Shown one piece after another: positions 9,375 to 18,445 of a stretch of DNA of 64,000 nt. This DNA comes from a virus. Positions within the stretch are counted from its first letter, which is position 1, and each line of letters begins with the position of its first letter. The notes under the pieces were generated by a model. That model did no database searches. It was not told the DNA's origin and was given only the letters and a program-made list of their open reading frames with translations. The stretch covers positions 1-64,000 of IMG/VR virus record IMGVR_UViG_3300020347_000003. One strand, written 5' to 3'. Both the position numbers and the translations under genes were made by a program.

Positions 9375-9867
9375 TTACCTTCCAAGCTGCTTTCGCCTCT
9401 TGACCGATTAAACCATCATATGGACAGGGAGTTCCTGCATTCATCATCGCGTCAAAAACCCGTTTATCTTGACACATTAAGGATACTGCTGCAACCTTCA
9501 TGCCCATATCATATAGAGTTTTCGAATTCTTTAGTCTTTCACAATTATCATCAGTTATCTGGGTTCCCGTAGAAATACCTAGAATCTGAGTTTGAATTGC
9601 TCCCGCAACACCAAATGTACACAGATCCGAGTTCGACGTATTAATAGTCGGGGATATTGCACTTGCTGGAGGTGACTTAAGAGTAGTGGTTGTGTTGCCG
9701 TTTGTGGTCACTGTACTAGTCGTTGTCGCCTCGGACCTTATAACATCATCAATTGGGTCTGGGGTTGCTGGATCCGCATCTTGTGAATAAGCGCTGGAAA
9801 CAAAACCAAGACTTAAAATAACGAATATCACTTGAGATAATTTCATTCTAAATTTATACCTTTTCAA
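9250..9867 (-). CDS. Secreted Cys-containing protein with C-terminal membrane anchor (start probably 9846)
   Basis: Signal peptide, Thr-rich linker, PPASAISP...DLC...NCERLK...MCQD...GTPCP, C-terminal GLLLLLILL. Confidence 0.75.
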   Translation of the reverse strand: MKRYKFRMKLSQVIFVILSLGFVSSAYSQDADPATPDPIDDVIRSEATTTSTVTTNGNTTTTLKSPPASAISPTINTSNSDLCTFGVAGAIQTQILGISTGTQITDDNCERLKNSKTLYDMGMKVAAVSLMCQDKRVFDAMMNAGTPCPYDGLIGQEAKAAWKVNAEDTPLEEGEKGEKEEMDIERKTLIAGSGVAGLLLLLILL

Positions 9868-9882
9868 TGTTCACCAAATTTT

Positions 9883-9890
9883 TATTTATA
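9883..9890 (-). promoter_or_regulatory. T4 late promoter
   Basis: TATAAATA heading the secreted-protein operon. Confidence 0.7.
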
Positions 9891-9995
9891 ACCAGCTGGC
9901 CTCTCACAGATACCAAACCATCGTTAACATCGCTAAGTGAGATGAAAGTGTCATTTTTTCGACACATCTCACACGAGCTATCGCGAGCTATCGCT

Positions 9996-10016
9996 AAAAA
10001 GGGGGCCGGAGCCCCC
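9996..10016 (-). terminator. Rho-independent terminator
   Basis: GGGGGC-TCCG-GCCCCC followed by TTTTT on the minus strand. Confidence 0.8.
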
Positions 10017-10043
10017 ATAAAGAGTAGAATGCCTGGGTGGGCT

Positions 10044-10247
10044 TTAACTTTTCTTGTTAAAGAAAACTGACCGGGTGAGCCCGCCGAAGATGTAACACAT
10101 GAATATCAAAGAGGTTGCGAGAAGTGCAGTAGCTGCAATCTCCTTGTCACCCACGATTGCGGTACCGATCATAAGGAACAATTGAGTACCACCAATAATC
10201 AATCCCATCGTGGCAAGACCGACTGCCATATTTTTTAACATTTCCAT
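10044..10247 (-). CDS. Small two-helix membrane protein
   Basis: Two hydrophobic helices; AAGGAG RBS. Confidence 0.65.
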   Translation of the reverse strand: MEMLKNMAVGLATMGLIIGGTQLFLMIGTAIVGDKEIAATALLATSLIFMCYIFGGLTRSVFFNKKS

Positions 10248-10281
10248 AATTTCTCCTTAATCAAAGAAGGTGAAAGGTGGC

Positions 10282-11238
10282 TTACGCCACCTCCGCCATT
10301 TCCACAGCCGTTTCCAAAGCAGTCAATTTACGCTTTGCATTGGCTCCGAACCAAGCCGATGCAGTTCGAGCATCAGCCGACCGACCCAGTTCATGGTCAG
10401 TCAAGTAGGTGACTGCATTATATGCATTCCACCAGCTACCAGGTCGGAATTCAGCACCTGGCTGGGTATCAACAATTTCAAAAGCACGTTCAGCAGTACG
10501 ACTGAGTACCTTGTCACGCTTTGTAGACTCACCGAACACTTTTGCAAGAAACTGTTGGAAAGAATCATTAGTGTAACGCTTTGAACCCAACAGTTCAGCT
10601 GCCTGTTTGAATTGTTCCACACGAGTGTGTGAAATACCGAGGAGCGTCTTGACCTTCTCAGCGTCGAACTCGGTACGGTGGGAGAGTCGGACTGCAGGCA
10701 TGCCCTTCTCAGTTAAAGCCATGGTCAGAGTATTATTACACACCACACGAGTCATTACGAATTTAACGTCAATACTCTTCCCATATTGGTGCGGATTTGA
10801 GAATAGAAGGTAACCCTTCACCTCGTCACCACCGAACAATGAGAACCCATCGTTCACATCAGCCGCAGCCCAAACAAGACGACCATCTTGTAGAGATCCA
10901 GCTGTATCCATTACCATGTCGCCATTAGAGACAAACTCGGTAAAGAATTCAAAAGCCTCTGAGTTCTGGCAGGGATTCCAACCCTCACCGACCATAGTAA
11001 GAATCTTACCATCGGTGTTACGAACCAGAGCCTGAGACCCAGTTTTTTGGTTATCGCCACGATAGCGAATAAAAGTGTCAACCTTTTCGACCTCCCAGTC
11101 TAGGCCAGCAGCAACCTGCATTTCACGTGGAGTCATGCCATCATTGACAGGGACACCCATGCCGTGCCAAGGCACACCAGAAGACAAACGATATGCCATT
11201 TGAGCTTCACCATTTACAATTTCAAGATTATGAGCCAT
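10282..11238 (-). CDS. DUF932 / phage-plasmid protein (TIGR03299-like)
   Basis: MAH...PWHG...AGLDWEV...TAGSL..GR.VW...RVVCNNTL...W.AYNAVT...DH. Confidence 0.9.
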   Translation of the reverse strand: MAHNLEIVNGEAQMAYRLSSGVPWHGMGVPVNDGMTPREMQVAAGLDWEVEKVDTFIRYRGDNQKTGSQALVRNTDGKILTMVGEGWNPCQNSEAFEFFTEFVSNGDMVMDTAGSLQDGRLVWAAADVNDGFSLFGGDEVKGYLLFSNPHQYGKSIDVKFVMTRVVCNNTLTMALTEKGMPAVRLSHRTEFDAEKVKTLLGISHTRVEQFKQAAELLGSKRYTNDSFQQFLAKVFGESTKRDKVLSRTAERAFEIVDTQPGAEFRPGSWWNAYNAVTYLTDHELGRSADARTASAWFGANAKRKLTALETAVEMAEVA

Positions 11239-11387
11239 AATATATTTCCTTTAAGAGTTTTTGTGTTGTTGAATTAAGTTTTCGATCTCGCTGATTTGCT
11301 TCTCGATTTGAGCGTTACCATCTTCTGATAACTCTCCACGTACCTCGCAGAGGCAGATTAGTTCGTTGTACAGTTCTTCAATTTCCA

Positions 11388-11816
11388 TTATGCAGCCTCG
11401 TACATGTAGGGCTTTTGAAAACGACCAGCGTCGATATCAATGTAATGTGACCGATGAAAGTAGTCAGACATCGCATCATCGTTGTTGAAGAAGTCAGGTC
11501 CTTCCATAGCTGATATCAATTCAGAGTAAAAATCGGCAATTTCTTCTTCACCAATGATGCGAGAGTTTTCTTCACACCAGTAATGGTTAACTTGAAGGTA
11601 ATCACCAATCTGGTAAGAAGGTCGACCTTCACGCTCTGCGATTCGGTCATTTGATTTTTGAGCAGCTCCGAGTAGATCAAGCTGACCAGACTTAAGAGAT
11701 ACACAAAGAGTTGAATGATTCTTTACAGAAATGGTACCCTTCATCTTGTACTTCTTCAACACAGCTTTGATGCCGGGAGCCAGAGTTTTCTTGTCTTCTT
11801 GTGAAACAAACGCCAT
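11388..11816 (-). CDS. Conserved phage hypothetical protein
   Basis: MAFVSQEDKK...IKAVLKKY...DDAMSDYFH pattern. Confidence 0.75.
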   Translation of the reverse strand: MAFVSQEDKKTLAPGIKAVLKKYKMKGTISVKNHSTLCVSLKSGQLDLLGAAQKSNDRIAEREGRPSYQIGDYLQVNHYWCEENSRIIGEEEIADFYSELISAMEGPDFFNNDDAMSDYFHRSHYIDIDAGRFQKPYMYEAA

Positions 11817-11850
11817 ATCAAAATTTCCTTCTCAATTAATTTATGTGACC

Positions 11851-11879
11851 ATTATATCAAGTAAAAGCATCTTTGTCAA
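11851..11879 (-). promoter_or_regulatory. sigma70-type early promoter
   Basis: TTGACA-N17-TATAAT with an A-rich UP element. Confidence 0.85.
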
Positions 11880-12062
11880 CACTTTTTTTAAAATAATTTC
11901 AACTTTTTTCGTTAAGATTCTGAGTCCAAGCAAAAAAGATTTCTCGAGCCTCTTCTTTAGAAAGACCAAAGGTTTCGTGCAGATGTTGTGGAGCACCAAA
12001 CATGTTGATGGTACCACCCTCCCTCAGAGCATCGAGGTACAAAAAGTATTGCTTCAAATTCA

Positions 12063-12344
12063 TTACGCTACCACCTGTACACGGTTATCAAAATCAAAAT
12101 CCATTTCAAAGGGGACGAAACCAACATCACCAATCCGAGAATCTTCCTCACGATCAGCACCAGTAATTTCAATGTGGAAACCTTTGAACATCACTACACC
12201 AAACTCTGGGTGAACCACGTCACCTTTCTTAATGACACGACCAACGATAAAGCTGTCATCGCGACCTTCCATAGGCTGGAAGTCTAGAGCCTTGATTGTT
12301 TCACCAACCTGAGCAGTGTTTTCAAATTTCAATAAATCGTTCAT
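12063..12344 (-). CDS. Hypothetical protein
   Basis: 93 aa; first gene after the promoter. Confidence 0.65.
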   Translation of the reverse strand: MNDLLKFENTAQVGETIKALDFQPMEGRDDSFIVGRVIKKGDVVHPEFGVVMFKGFHIEITGADREEDSRIGDVGFVPFEMDFDFDNRVQVVA

Positions 12345-12377
12345 GTTTTTAGTCTCATTGCATTAATTTATGTGACC

Positions 12378-12406
12378 ATTATACCATGTGAGGGGGGTGC
12401 TGTCAA
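12378..12406 (-). promoter_or_regulatory. sigma70-type early promoter
   Basis: TTGACA-N17-TATAAT; tandem motif at 12426-12473. Confidence 0.85.
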
Positions 12407-12483
12407 CGATTATTTTCAGTTTTTTTAGATTATTTTGGAATAAGAGCTGGAAGCCTTATAACTTTTCAGTATAAGGCGCGAGC

Positions 12484-12846
12484 TTAGTGGACTGTGGCGT
12501 TTTCCATGTCTTCAAAGAGACCATCTAGCATATCGTATATGTGGTCGCCATAGCCAGATTTGATGATATCGACAACGTCTGGGTATTCTTCATCAGATTC
12601 AATTGGCAACGCTTCAAGTTCTTCCCAACGTTTTGGAGCGAATACATCTTTGATATAGGACTGAGCCATATTTTCAGACTCGAATGAGCAAGCCTTGGTG
12701 ATATAGAACGGATTATTGCTTGCAAAGAGGGCATATCTCTTATCTGTGGTTTCCGTGTTTGAATCTTTGCCCACATCTTCGTCAGTGTACGTGCCTAAGA
12801 ATACGCCTCTATTTTGATCAATTATTATGTACCTGGGGTTTTTCAT
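12484..12846 (-). CDS. Hypothetical acidic protein
   Basis: 120 aa; overlaps the exonuclease stop. Confidence 0.6.
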   Translation of the reverse strand: MKNPRYIIIDQNRGVFLGTYTDEDVGKDSNTETTDKRYALFASNNPFYITKACSFESENMAQSYIKDVFAPKRWEELEALPIESDEEYPDVVDIIKSGYGDHIYDMLDGLFEDMENATVH

Positions 12847-13504
12847 GAAGAGCCCTATATTTTTTTCTCACTTGTACCAAATGTTCTAGGTAGTCGTAAG
12901 TGTTAAATTTAAACACCTGAGGCTCAGAGTCATCTACAGCGATAAGGATGACACCTTGTTTGATCGGGATCCCGGTCATTTCATAGAAGGCTGCGGCATA
13001 GAACGAGATTTGCATAAAGTAGTTTTGAATGTTATCTTCGCTCTTTACACGTCTCGATGTCTTAAAATCGATTACCGAGAGTTCACCTTCGAACTCTGCA
13101 ATGCAATCGACCTGGCCGGCAGTCTTCAGCTTATCACTATAAAGATATACTTCCTGAAACCATATGTTATTTATTTTTTTATCTAACACGGGTTTCAGCG
13201 TATTGAACATGAAAAGATTGGAAGGCTGGTGTTTGCCCTTCCAATTTTCAACATTGTCGATATAATCTTCGCAGATCTTGTGGACGGCAGTACCTCGACC
13301 AGAGGCCTGCCTAGAGATACGATTAGCCTCTTCTTCACCAACACGCTTACGCCATTCTATGATGGCTTGTTTGCTCAGAATACTGAGTACTGTGGTGATG
13401 GATGGATAGGCTGAACCATCGGGTGTAAAGTATCTACGACCCTCTTCGGTTGTTTTGCGTGTAAGTGTGGGTAACTCAACGCCGTGCTCTACGTGATCAA
13501 ACAT
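12818..13504 (-). CDS. PD-(D/E)XK exonuclease (Cas4-like phage exonuclease)
   Basis: YPSITTVL...RGTAVH...E...AGQVDCI...IDFKTS...Y.MQ...YA. Confidence 0.9.
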   Translation of the reverse strand: MFDHVEHGVELPTLTRKTTEEGRRYFTPDGSAYPSITTVLSILSKQAIIEWRKRVGEEEANRISRQASGRGTAVHKICEDYIDNVENWKGKHQPSNLFMFNTLKPVLDKKINNIWFQEVYLYSDKLKTAGQVDCIAEFEGELSVIDFKTSRRVKSEDNIQNYFMQISFYAAAFYEMTGIPIKQGVILIAVDDSEPQVFKFNTYDYLEHLVQVRKKYRALHEKPQVHNN

Positions 13505-13530
13505 GATATATTCCTTTCAATTAGTCGTAC

Positions 13531-13559
13531 ATTATATCACAACTGATATCGTTTGTCAA
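13531..13559 (-). promoter_or_regulatory. sigma70-type promoter
   Basis: TTGACA-N17-TATAAT. Confidence 0.8.
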
Positions 13560-13828
13560 ATCGAGAGCTGAATGCCAGAAGTGACCTCAAGGTATTTTTT
13601 GGCAATCTCTTCGATTGTCTCACCCTGTGCAATAATAGAGTTTCGGTTGAATTCCATCTGGCCATCTTGAGCGGACATCATCCACGGGATCATCCCAAAG
13701 CCTTCCTGACCTGGTGTCAGACATACAGGCTTACACATTGTAATATCACCATTTGATTCTTCACCTATGACTCGGCCAATGACCTCTTCACCGGAATTTA
13801 GTTTAAGTGTAATTACGTTCATAATCAA
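13556..13828 (-). CDS. Small Sm-like phage protein
   Basis: LKLNSGEEVIG...P...PW...Y...TSGI family typical of T4-like phages. Confidence 0.75.
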   Translation of the reverse strand: MIMNVITLKLNSGEEVIGRVIGEESNGDITMCKPVCLTPGQEGFGMIPWMMSAQDGQMEFNRNSIIAQGETIEEIAKKYLEVTSGIQLSI

Positions 13829-13843
13829 TGTTCTCCAAAGTAT

Positions 13844-14068
13844 TTAATCATCTAAAAATTTAGCAAACTCTTTTGCGAAAAGTTTGTTCTCAAAATAAAA
13901 TGTATGCTCATAGACATCAGTCCATTCTTTGAGCTTCCATTCCCATTTATTCAGGTTATCTAGGCACCATGCCTTTGCCTCTTCACTCCAATCAGAGTGT
14001 ACTTGAACAAAGGCAGCGGAATCTCGCATCCACCTCATTTTATAATCTGAAATTTGTTGTGGTGTCAT
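13844..14068 (-). CDS. Hypothetical protein
   Basis: 74 aa, Trp-rich, WTDVYEHTFYFE. Confidence 0.6.
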   Translation of the reverse strand: MTPQQISDYKMRWMRDSAAFVQVHSDWSEEAKAWCLDNLNKWEWKLKEWTDVYEHTFYFENKLFAKEFAKFLDD

Positions 14069-14379
14069 CCCATTAATACCTGTGCAGCACCCGTAATAAT
14101 TGCACCATCTACCTCTACAAGATCACCTACTCTTGCAGCAGGAAATCCGGCAATAAAGACCTTTGCGGATCCTGCGTTTACGGTACCGACATGAGGTACA
14201 CAGGCTTCGCCCACCTTAATTCCGTGTGGTGCAGTGACAGATCCCATAATTGCTGCGGGTGAACCTGCGATCATTACCTGAGGCATTCCGTTAGTGGCTA
14301 TGGTAGAGACCAAAGAGCAGCCGTGTGTGGCTGGGGTTCCGGTCGCGACCTGATCACCTATTCTTGCTGCTGGGGTCAT
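14065..14379 (-). CDS. PAAR-domain baseplate spike tip (gp5.4-like)
   Basis: PAARIGD, PAAIMG and PAARVGD repeats with His/Cys metal ligands. Confidence 0.92.
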   Translation of the reverse strand: MTPAARIGDQVATGTPATHGCSLVSTIATNGMPQVMIAGSPAAIMGSVTAPHGIKVGEACVPHVGTVNAGSAKVFIAGFPAARVGDLVEVDGAIITGAAQVLMG

Positions 14380-16127
14380 TCGTTGTCTCCAAAAAGGTCT
14401 TCGGCATTTTGTATTGTCTCATTATATGTATTAGCAAATAGGTAATAATCTTGCTGAACCTGACTTATCGTCGGTGCGAATAGATCCTCAAATGCACCAT
14501 TTGCTTGTGGTGTTTCGTCAATGACATTTTCAAAAATGCCACGGCCGGGATCTGTCGACCAGTAGTGACGCTGTTTAAATGTAACTTGTTGAGTTTCAAT
14601 GGGAACATCGACACCATCACCAGTATTCATTTCGAAAACATAATCGTATTCTTCCACCGAGGTTCGATTGTTTCTCTCGTCGTCGGGAGCAACCCATTCT
14701 TTTAATATTGTAGTGTCACCATTGGCTGTGTTACTATAGAATGCATTTGCTTCTTCAAAGGTGACATTGGCAGTCGTGAGTGCAGAAGATTCGAATACAG
14801 AATTTGCATATGTCTGAAATATGTACTTTTCTTCAGGCCAGATTTTTGTAGCATTTTTCGTAAATCTGACTCTATTCGGTGGTGTAACGGTGATATCTAC
14901 ATACTGAGTTGGAGAGCTCACCATGGTGATAGAATTCACATCAGCATTGGCACTCGGCGCATCGATATCTCGTACAATCCACCTTAGCGGTATATCCGTA
15001 CCAAGGTTTGGATCTGGGTTATCCATTATCATTTCAAAAGTGTCACCGATAGCATAATTCTTACCACCATCTGTTATGTCAATTCTTGAGCCATACCACT
15101 CATAGTTTAGGCCATTATCATGCGCTGCTCCATTGTCAGATAAGACTCGGAAAACATATGCAGAACCGTTAAAATCCTTACCAGTCACAAGAGCATTTGT
15201 ATCAGGATCTCTTCGTGGGCCATCGGATTGAACGAAGGTAAATGTTGGTGTGTTTGGTGCAGCAATCCAATCTGACTTTGGAGTCGCATTGAAGTACCGA
15301 TTGTAATCAGATCCAGTTGCCGGATTGGGAAACTCACCATCCGTAGCCTCAGCTCTTAATGCGGCTGGATGATCATTGGGTAAAAATTCAAGTCCAGTAT
15401 TAGACGAAGAATTGTATTGAAGTGGGTATGGGTTCAATACCTCTACTCGTGAAATTGCTCCAGTTGGTATATTGTACGGGTTGCCACTAGAGTAATTGGC
15501 AGTATTAGCTTGAGGTGGTATGAAATAGGGTACTGTGTTCGCTACAGTAGTGGAATATGATGCATTAATTTCATTATTGGCCACACCATATGCACCATAA
15601 ACTACAATTTGTTCTGGTAGAACACCAGCATTATATTTAGTCCAAAAGTTCACTGTCGGAGAAACAAAGAAAGCCAAATCAAATGGCTGAGTCCAATTTG
15701 CCCATTCGACATTTTCCCAGCGTATCTTGTGATCGTAGACTGTAATCGTACCATAGAGACCGGCAACACCTGAGAAGGTATTAGCGACTCCATTGACAAA
15801 ATCGGTATTATTGAAATCATCCCAATATGCTACGAGATCGTGTGTCGATGTTGCATAACCACCACCAGCGTTTGGGCTTACATCGATTCCGATTGTTTGA
15901 TTGGGGTTTGGTGGCTCACCAGTCGTCACATCAAATGTGAATGGTTCGACTGGATCACCACCAGTGTTGGCTAGTAACAGGTTGCCTTCAAAGGTTAGCT
16001 CATATTCAAATGGCTCATTGCCATACACAGCAGGAAATTCATTGTGAGGTTCGTGTGGGAACGTATCTCTCTCAATGTACTTATCGTTTGTGTAAGTAAG
16101 TTCATAATCTATAACTGTGTTCGCCAT
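14376..16127 (-). CDS. Probable virion structural protein (583 aa)
   Basis: Acidic, N/T/G-rich, ANT repeats, DGGKNYAIGD motif; coupled to the PAAR gene. Confidence 0.6.
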   Translation of the reverse strand: MANTVIDYELTYTNDKYIERDTFPHEPHNEFPAVYGNEPFEYELTFEGNLLLANTGGDPVEPFTFDVTTGEPPNPNQTIGIDVSPNAGGGYATSTHDLVAYWDDFNNTDFVNGVANTFSGVAGLYGTITVYDHKIRWENVEWANWTQPFDLAFFVSPTVNFWTKYNAGVLPEQIVVYGAYGVANNEINASYSTTVANTVPYFIPPQANTANYSSGNPYNIPTGAISRVEVLNPYPLQYNSSSNTGLEFLPNDHPAALRAEATDGEFPNPATGSDYNRYFNATPKSDWIAAPNTPTFTFVQSDGPRRDPDTNALVTGKDFNGSAYVFRVLSDNGAAHDNGLNYEWYGSRIDITDGGKNYAIGDTFEMIMDNPDPNLGTDIPLRWIVRDIDAPSANADVNSITMVSSPTQYVDITVTPPNRVRFTKNATKIWPEEKYIFQTYANSVFESSALTTANVTFEEANAFYSNTANGDTTILKEWVAPDDERNNRTSVEEYDYVFEMNTGDGVDVPIETQQVTFKQRHYWSTDPGRGIFENVIDETPQANGAFEDLFAPTISQVQQDYYLFANTYNETIQNAEDLFGDNE

Positions 16128-16139
16128 TTTTTATCACGC

Positions 16140-16892
16140 CTATGCTGCCCTTAGGTAGCTACTACAACTCTCCTTTGCTAGTATATATTCTTTGACCAAG
16201 CCTGATCGGACGATATCGTCGGTACCAAAATTGATAATATCGAATGATTCAATCTTATCAAGGACCTTAAGAAAATCAGGCAATCCTGTTACGTCGTGTT
16301 TGTGTCTTGTTCCTGCCAAATCATCTTGGAAGGTGTCTCCGCAGAAAATAATCTTAGACGACTCACCAACACGAGTAATAATACTGTCGAGTTCATGGTA
16401 TGTCATCGATTGGCATTCGTCTACGATAATGATAGAATTATCAAATGTCAGTCCCCTTACGAACGACGAAGTCATAAATTCTACCATGTTTTTTGTTTTG
16501 AGTATTTCCCAAGCATCTCCTCTTTGAAATAGGTCGTTGGTAATATCGGCATAGGGTACCGTGAACACGGCCTCTTTTTGAGCCTTAGAACCGGGCATGA
16601 AACCCTGTTCTCGTGTTTGTACTGCGGATCGTATTACAATAAGTTTTTCATATTCAGATCGGGTGAGAACATCGGTAAGCCCTAGGTACATTGCGCACAT
16701 TGTCTTCCCTGTTCCAGCAGTCCCAATTGCTGCTATGTTATTATCATTATCGTAACTGTCAAACATATCCTCCTGTGTGTCTGTAATTGGCTCTATCTTT
16801 CGCATTGAGAACTTATTGTTCACAACATCATTGACATTTCTGTCCTGCCTTCGTTTTTCTTTGCGGGACATACGCCGACTTGCTTTGGCCAT
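16140..16892 (-). CDS. phoH: PhoH-family ATPase
   Basis: GTAGTGKT, RSAV...GFMPG, RGLTF, IIVDECQ, TRVG...GD..QDDL, DIVRSGLVK. Confidence 0.95.
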   Translation of the reverse strand: MAKASRRMSRKEKRRQDRNVNDVVNNKFSMRKIEPITDTQEDMFDSYDNDNNIAAIGTAGTGKTMCAMYLGLTDVLTRSEYEKLIVIRSAVQTREQGFMPGSKAQKEAVFTVPYADITNDLFQRGDAWEILKTKNMVEFMTSSFVRGLTFDNSIIIVDECQSMTYHELDSIITRVGESSKIIFCGDTFQDDLAGTRHKHDVTGLPDFLKVLDKIESFDIINFGTDDIVRSGLVKEYILAKESCSSYLRAA

Positions 16893-16915
16893 GGAACCTC
16901 CTTCGAAAACTTCTC

Positions 16916-17167
16916 TTAGAAGTCATTGATTGTGTTTTTAGTATGACGAGAGCCAGGATGATGGCTCTTTATGTTTTTTAACACATCACGAAAACTATCT
17001 GAAGGCTTTTTAAGCCCCAGACGGACCGGGTCACCGATTCCCGGCGCGGAAGTAATAATAGGTTCGAGGTGGGGGTGTTCTTCTAGGAAGACTAACTTAT
17101 CAGAATAAGACATGAGCTTATCAAAAGTTTCTTGTGTTTCTTTATCTCTAAAAGAATAGGTAGGCAT
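16916..17167 (-). CDS. FmdB-like small protein
   Basis: MPTYSF...F...MS N-terminus; upstream of phoH as in T4-like phages. Confidence 0.65.
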   Translation of the reverse strand: MPTYSFRDKETQETFDKLMSYSDKLVFLEEHPHLEPIITSAPGIGDPVRLGLKKPSDSFRDVLKNIKSHHPGSRHTKNTINDF

Positions 17168-17187
17168 TGTTTCTCCACGTATGATTT

Positions 17188-17195
17188 TATTTATA
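17188..17195 (-). promoter_or_regulatory. T4 late promoter
   Basis: TATAAATA upstream of the FmdB-phoH-583aa-PAAR run. Confidence 0.65.
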
Positions 17196-17793
17196 CAAAG
17201 TTGTGGTACAAGTCAGCCCAATTTTCTACCATAGGGATGTCTTCGTTCTTATAGTTCTTGTTTTGTTCATGTTTCATTATTATGGATCGCAGACCTAGGG
17301 CAGAACCAACCTCAGCATTTGCAATCTTATCTTCAACCCATATGCAGCCAGAATCTTTATATTCGGCCAAAGCCTCGTCCTTATCAGCACCGCAATCAAG
17401 GATTACATACCGTTCAAAGACAGATGGCCCAAATAATTCGCATAGGTTTTTGATTCTGAGATGTTGTGCGTATTCGTCGTTAGTCTGACTGGTTATCGCA
17501 TGAAAGACAAAACCTTTATCAGAGTGTAGTTTCTTGACGTATTTGATAGCATCTCGTAGGGGTGGGAGTCTACGAACCGTAGCACTCTCGTTGAACATTC
17601 GAATGAGTCGTTTCATTTCGAATTTATCGATGTCATAAGCATCAGCCATATCGTATATGCCCTCATGCTTCTTTTCGTAATGATGACGCTTCATCCACTG
17701 ATCAAATGCATATTCCCAATCAAGTAGAACACCATCACAATCAACTAGAATGACCTTATCAGCTAGACTGGTCATATTTTCCTCACAGATCAA
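17191..17793 (-). CDS. HAD-family phosphatase/5'-nucleotidase (T4 30.2-like)
   Basis: DCDGVLLDW motif I, ITS motif II, K...WVED motif IV. Confidence 0.85.
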   Translation of the reverse strand: MICEENMTSLADKVILVDCDGVLLDWEYAFDQWMKRHHYEKKHEGIYDMADAYDIDKFEMKRLIRMFNESATVRRLPPLRDAIKYVKKLHSDKGFVFHAITSQTNDEYAQHLRIKNLCELFGPSVFERYVILDCGADKDEALAEYKDSGCIWVEDKIANAEVGSALGLRSIIMKHEQNKNYKNEDIPMVENWADLYHNFV

Positions 17794-17805
17794 TTCAACC
17801 CGATA

Positions 17806-17834
17806 ATTATAACACGGGCAAAGTGCTTTGTCAA
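17806..17834 (-). promoter_or_regulatory. sigma70-type promoter
   Basis: TTGACA-N17-TATAAT. Confidence 0.8.
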
Positions 17835-18006
17835 CACTTATTTGTCATTAAATTCTTTAAAACCAACTTTATCGTCTCTACGACGACGCCGATCTTTTTT
17901 CTTTGACTGATTCTTACGCTTTTCTTCGAATCGGCTCTCATTCTTTGAACCCCAGTCGTCATCATAAGGATCTTTACGATAATTCTTAAATCGCTTAGCC
18001 ATGGTG

Positions 18007-18444
18007 TTATCCTATCTTGCTCCTGTAAATATCAGGAAAGGCCTCTACTAGAGTCTTTTCCGTTAATCCCTTAATGGGTTTTTGTGAAATCACATGATTG
18101 GCCAAAAGGTCTGCATCATTGTTATCAATATCTTCCAGAAGACTAATAAACAAACCTTCACGCTTGATCTGGTTTAGGTTATCATAACCACCACCTTTCA
18201 CAAAAATTCTGAGTCGACGGGTCTCCTTATAGAGCATACCCTCAGTGCCCACATGTGCATTCTTTTTCCAAGGTGGTGCTGTACTTGGTAAAAGAAACGA
18301 CACACTCTCTTTATCGTAAGTAAGACGAAGAATGGATCGCAGAGGACCTGTGTCGTTCTTGCGCAACCATTCTATCTTTTCATCTTTCTTTTTGAATTCA
18401 GAGACCTTGTCAAGTATCTCTGAAATCGACAATCTTATAGCCAT
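18007..18444 (-). CDS. Conserved T4-like hypothetical protein (DUF6433-like)
   Basis: ISEIL...KI..L...LP...PP...KRE.LFI.LLE; downstream of rnh. Confidence 0.7.
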   Translation of the reverse strand: MAIRLSISEILDKVSEFKKKDEKIEWLRKNDTGPLRSILRLTYDKESVSFLLPSTAPPWKKNAHVGTEGMLYKETRRLRIFVKGGGYDNLNQIKREGLFISLLEDIDNNDADLLANHVISQKPIKGLTEKTLVEAFPDIYRSKIG

Positions 18445-18445
18445 C

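Noticed and set aside
12818-13504. Cas4-like nuclease suggesting a CRISPR locus
   Set aside because: No repeat-spacer array or other cas genes seen; lacks the Fe-S cysteines; standalone exonuclease common in T4-like phages
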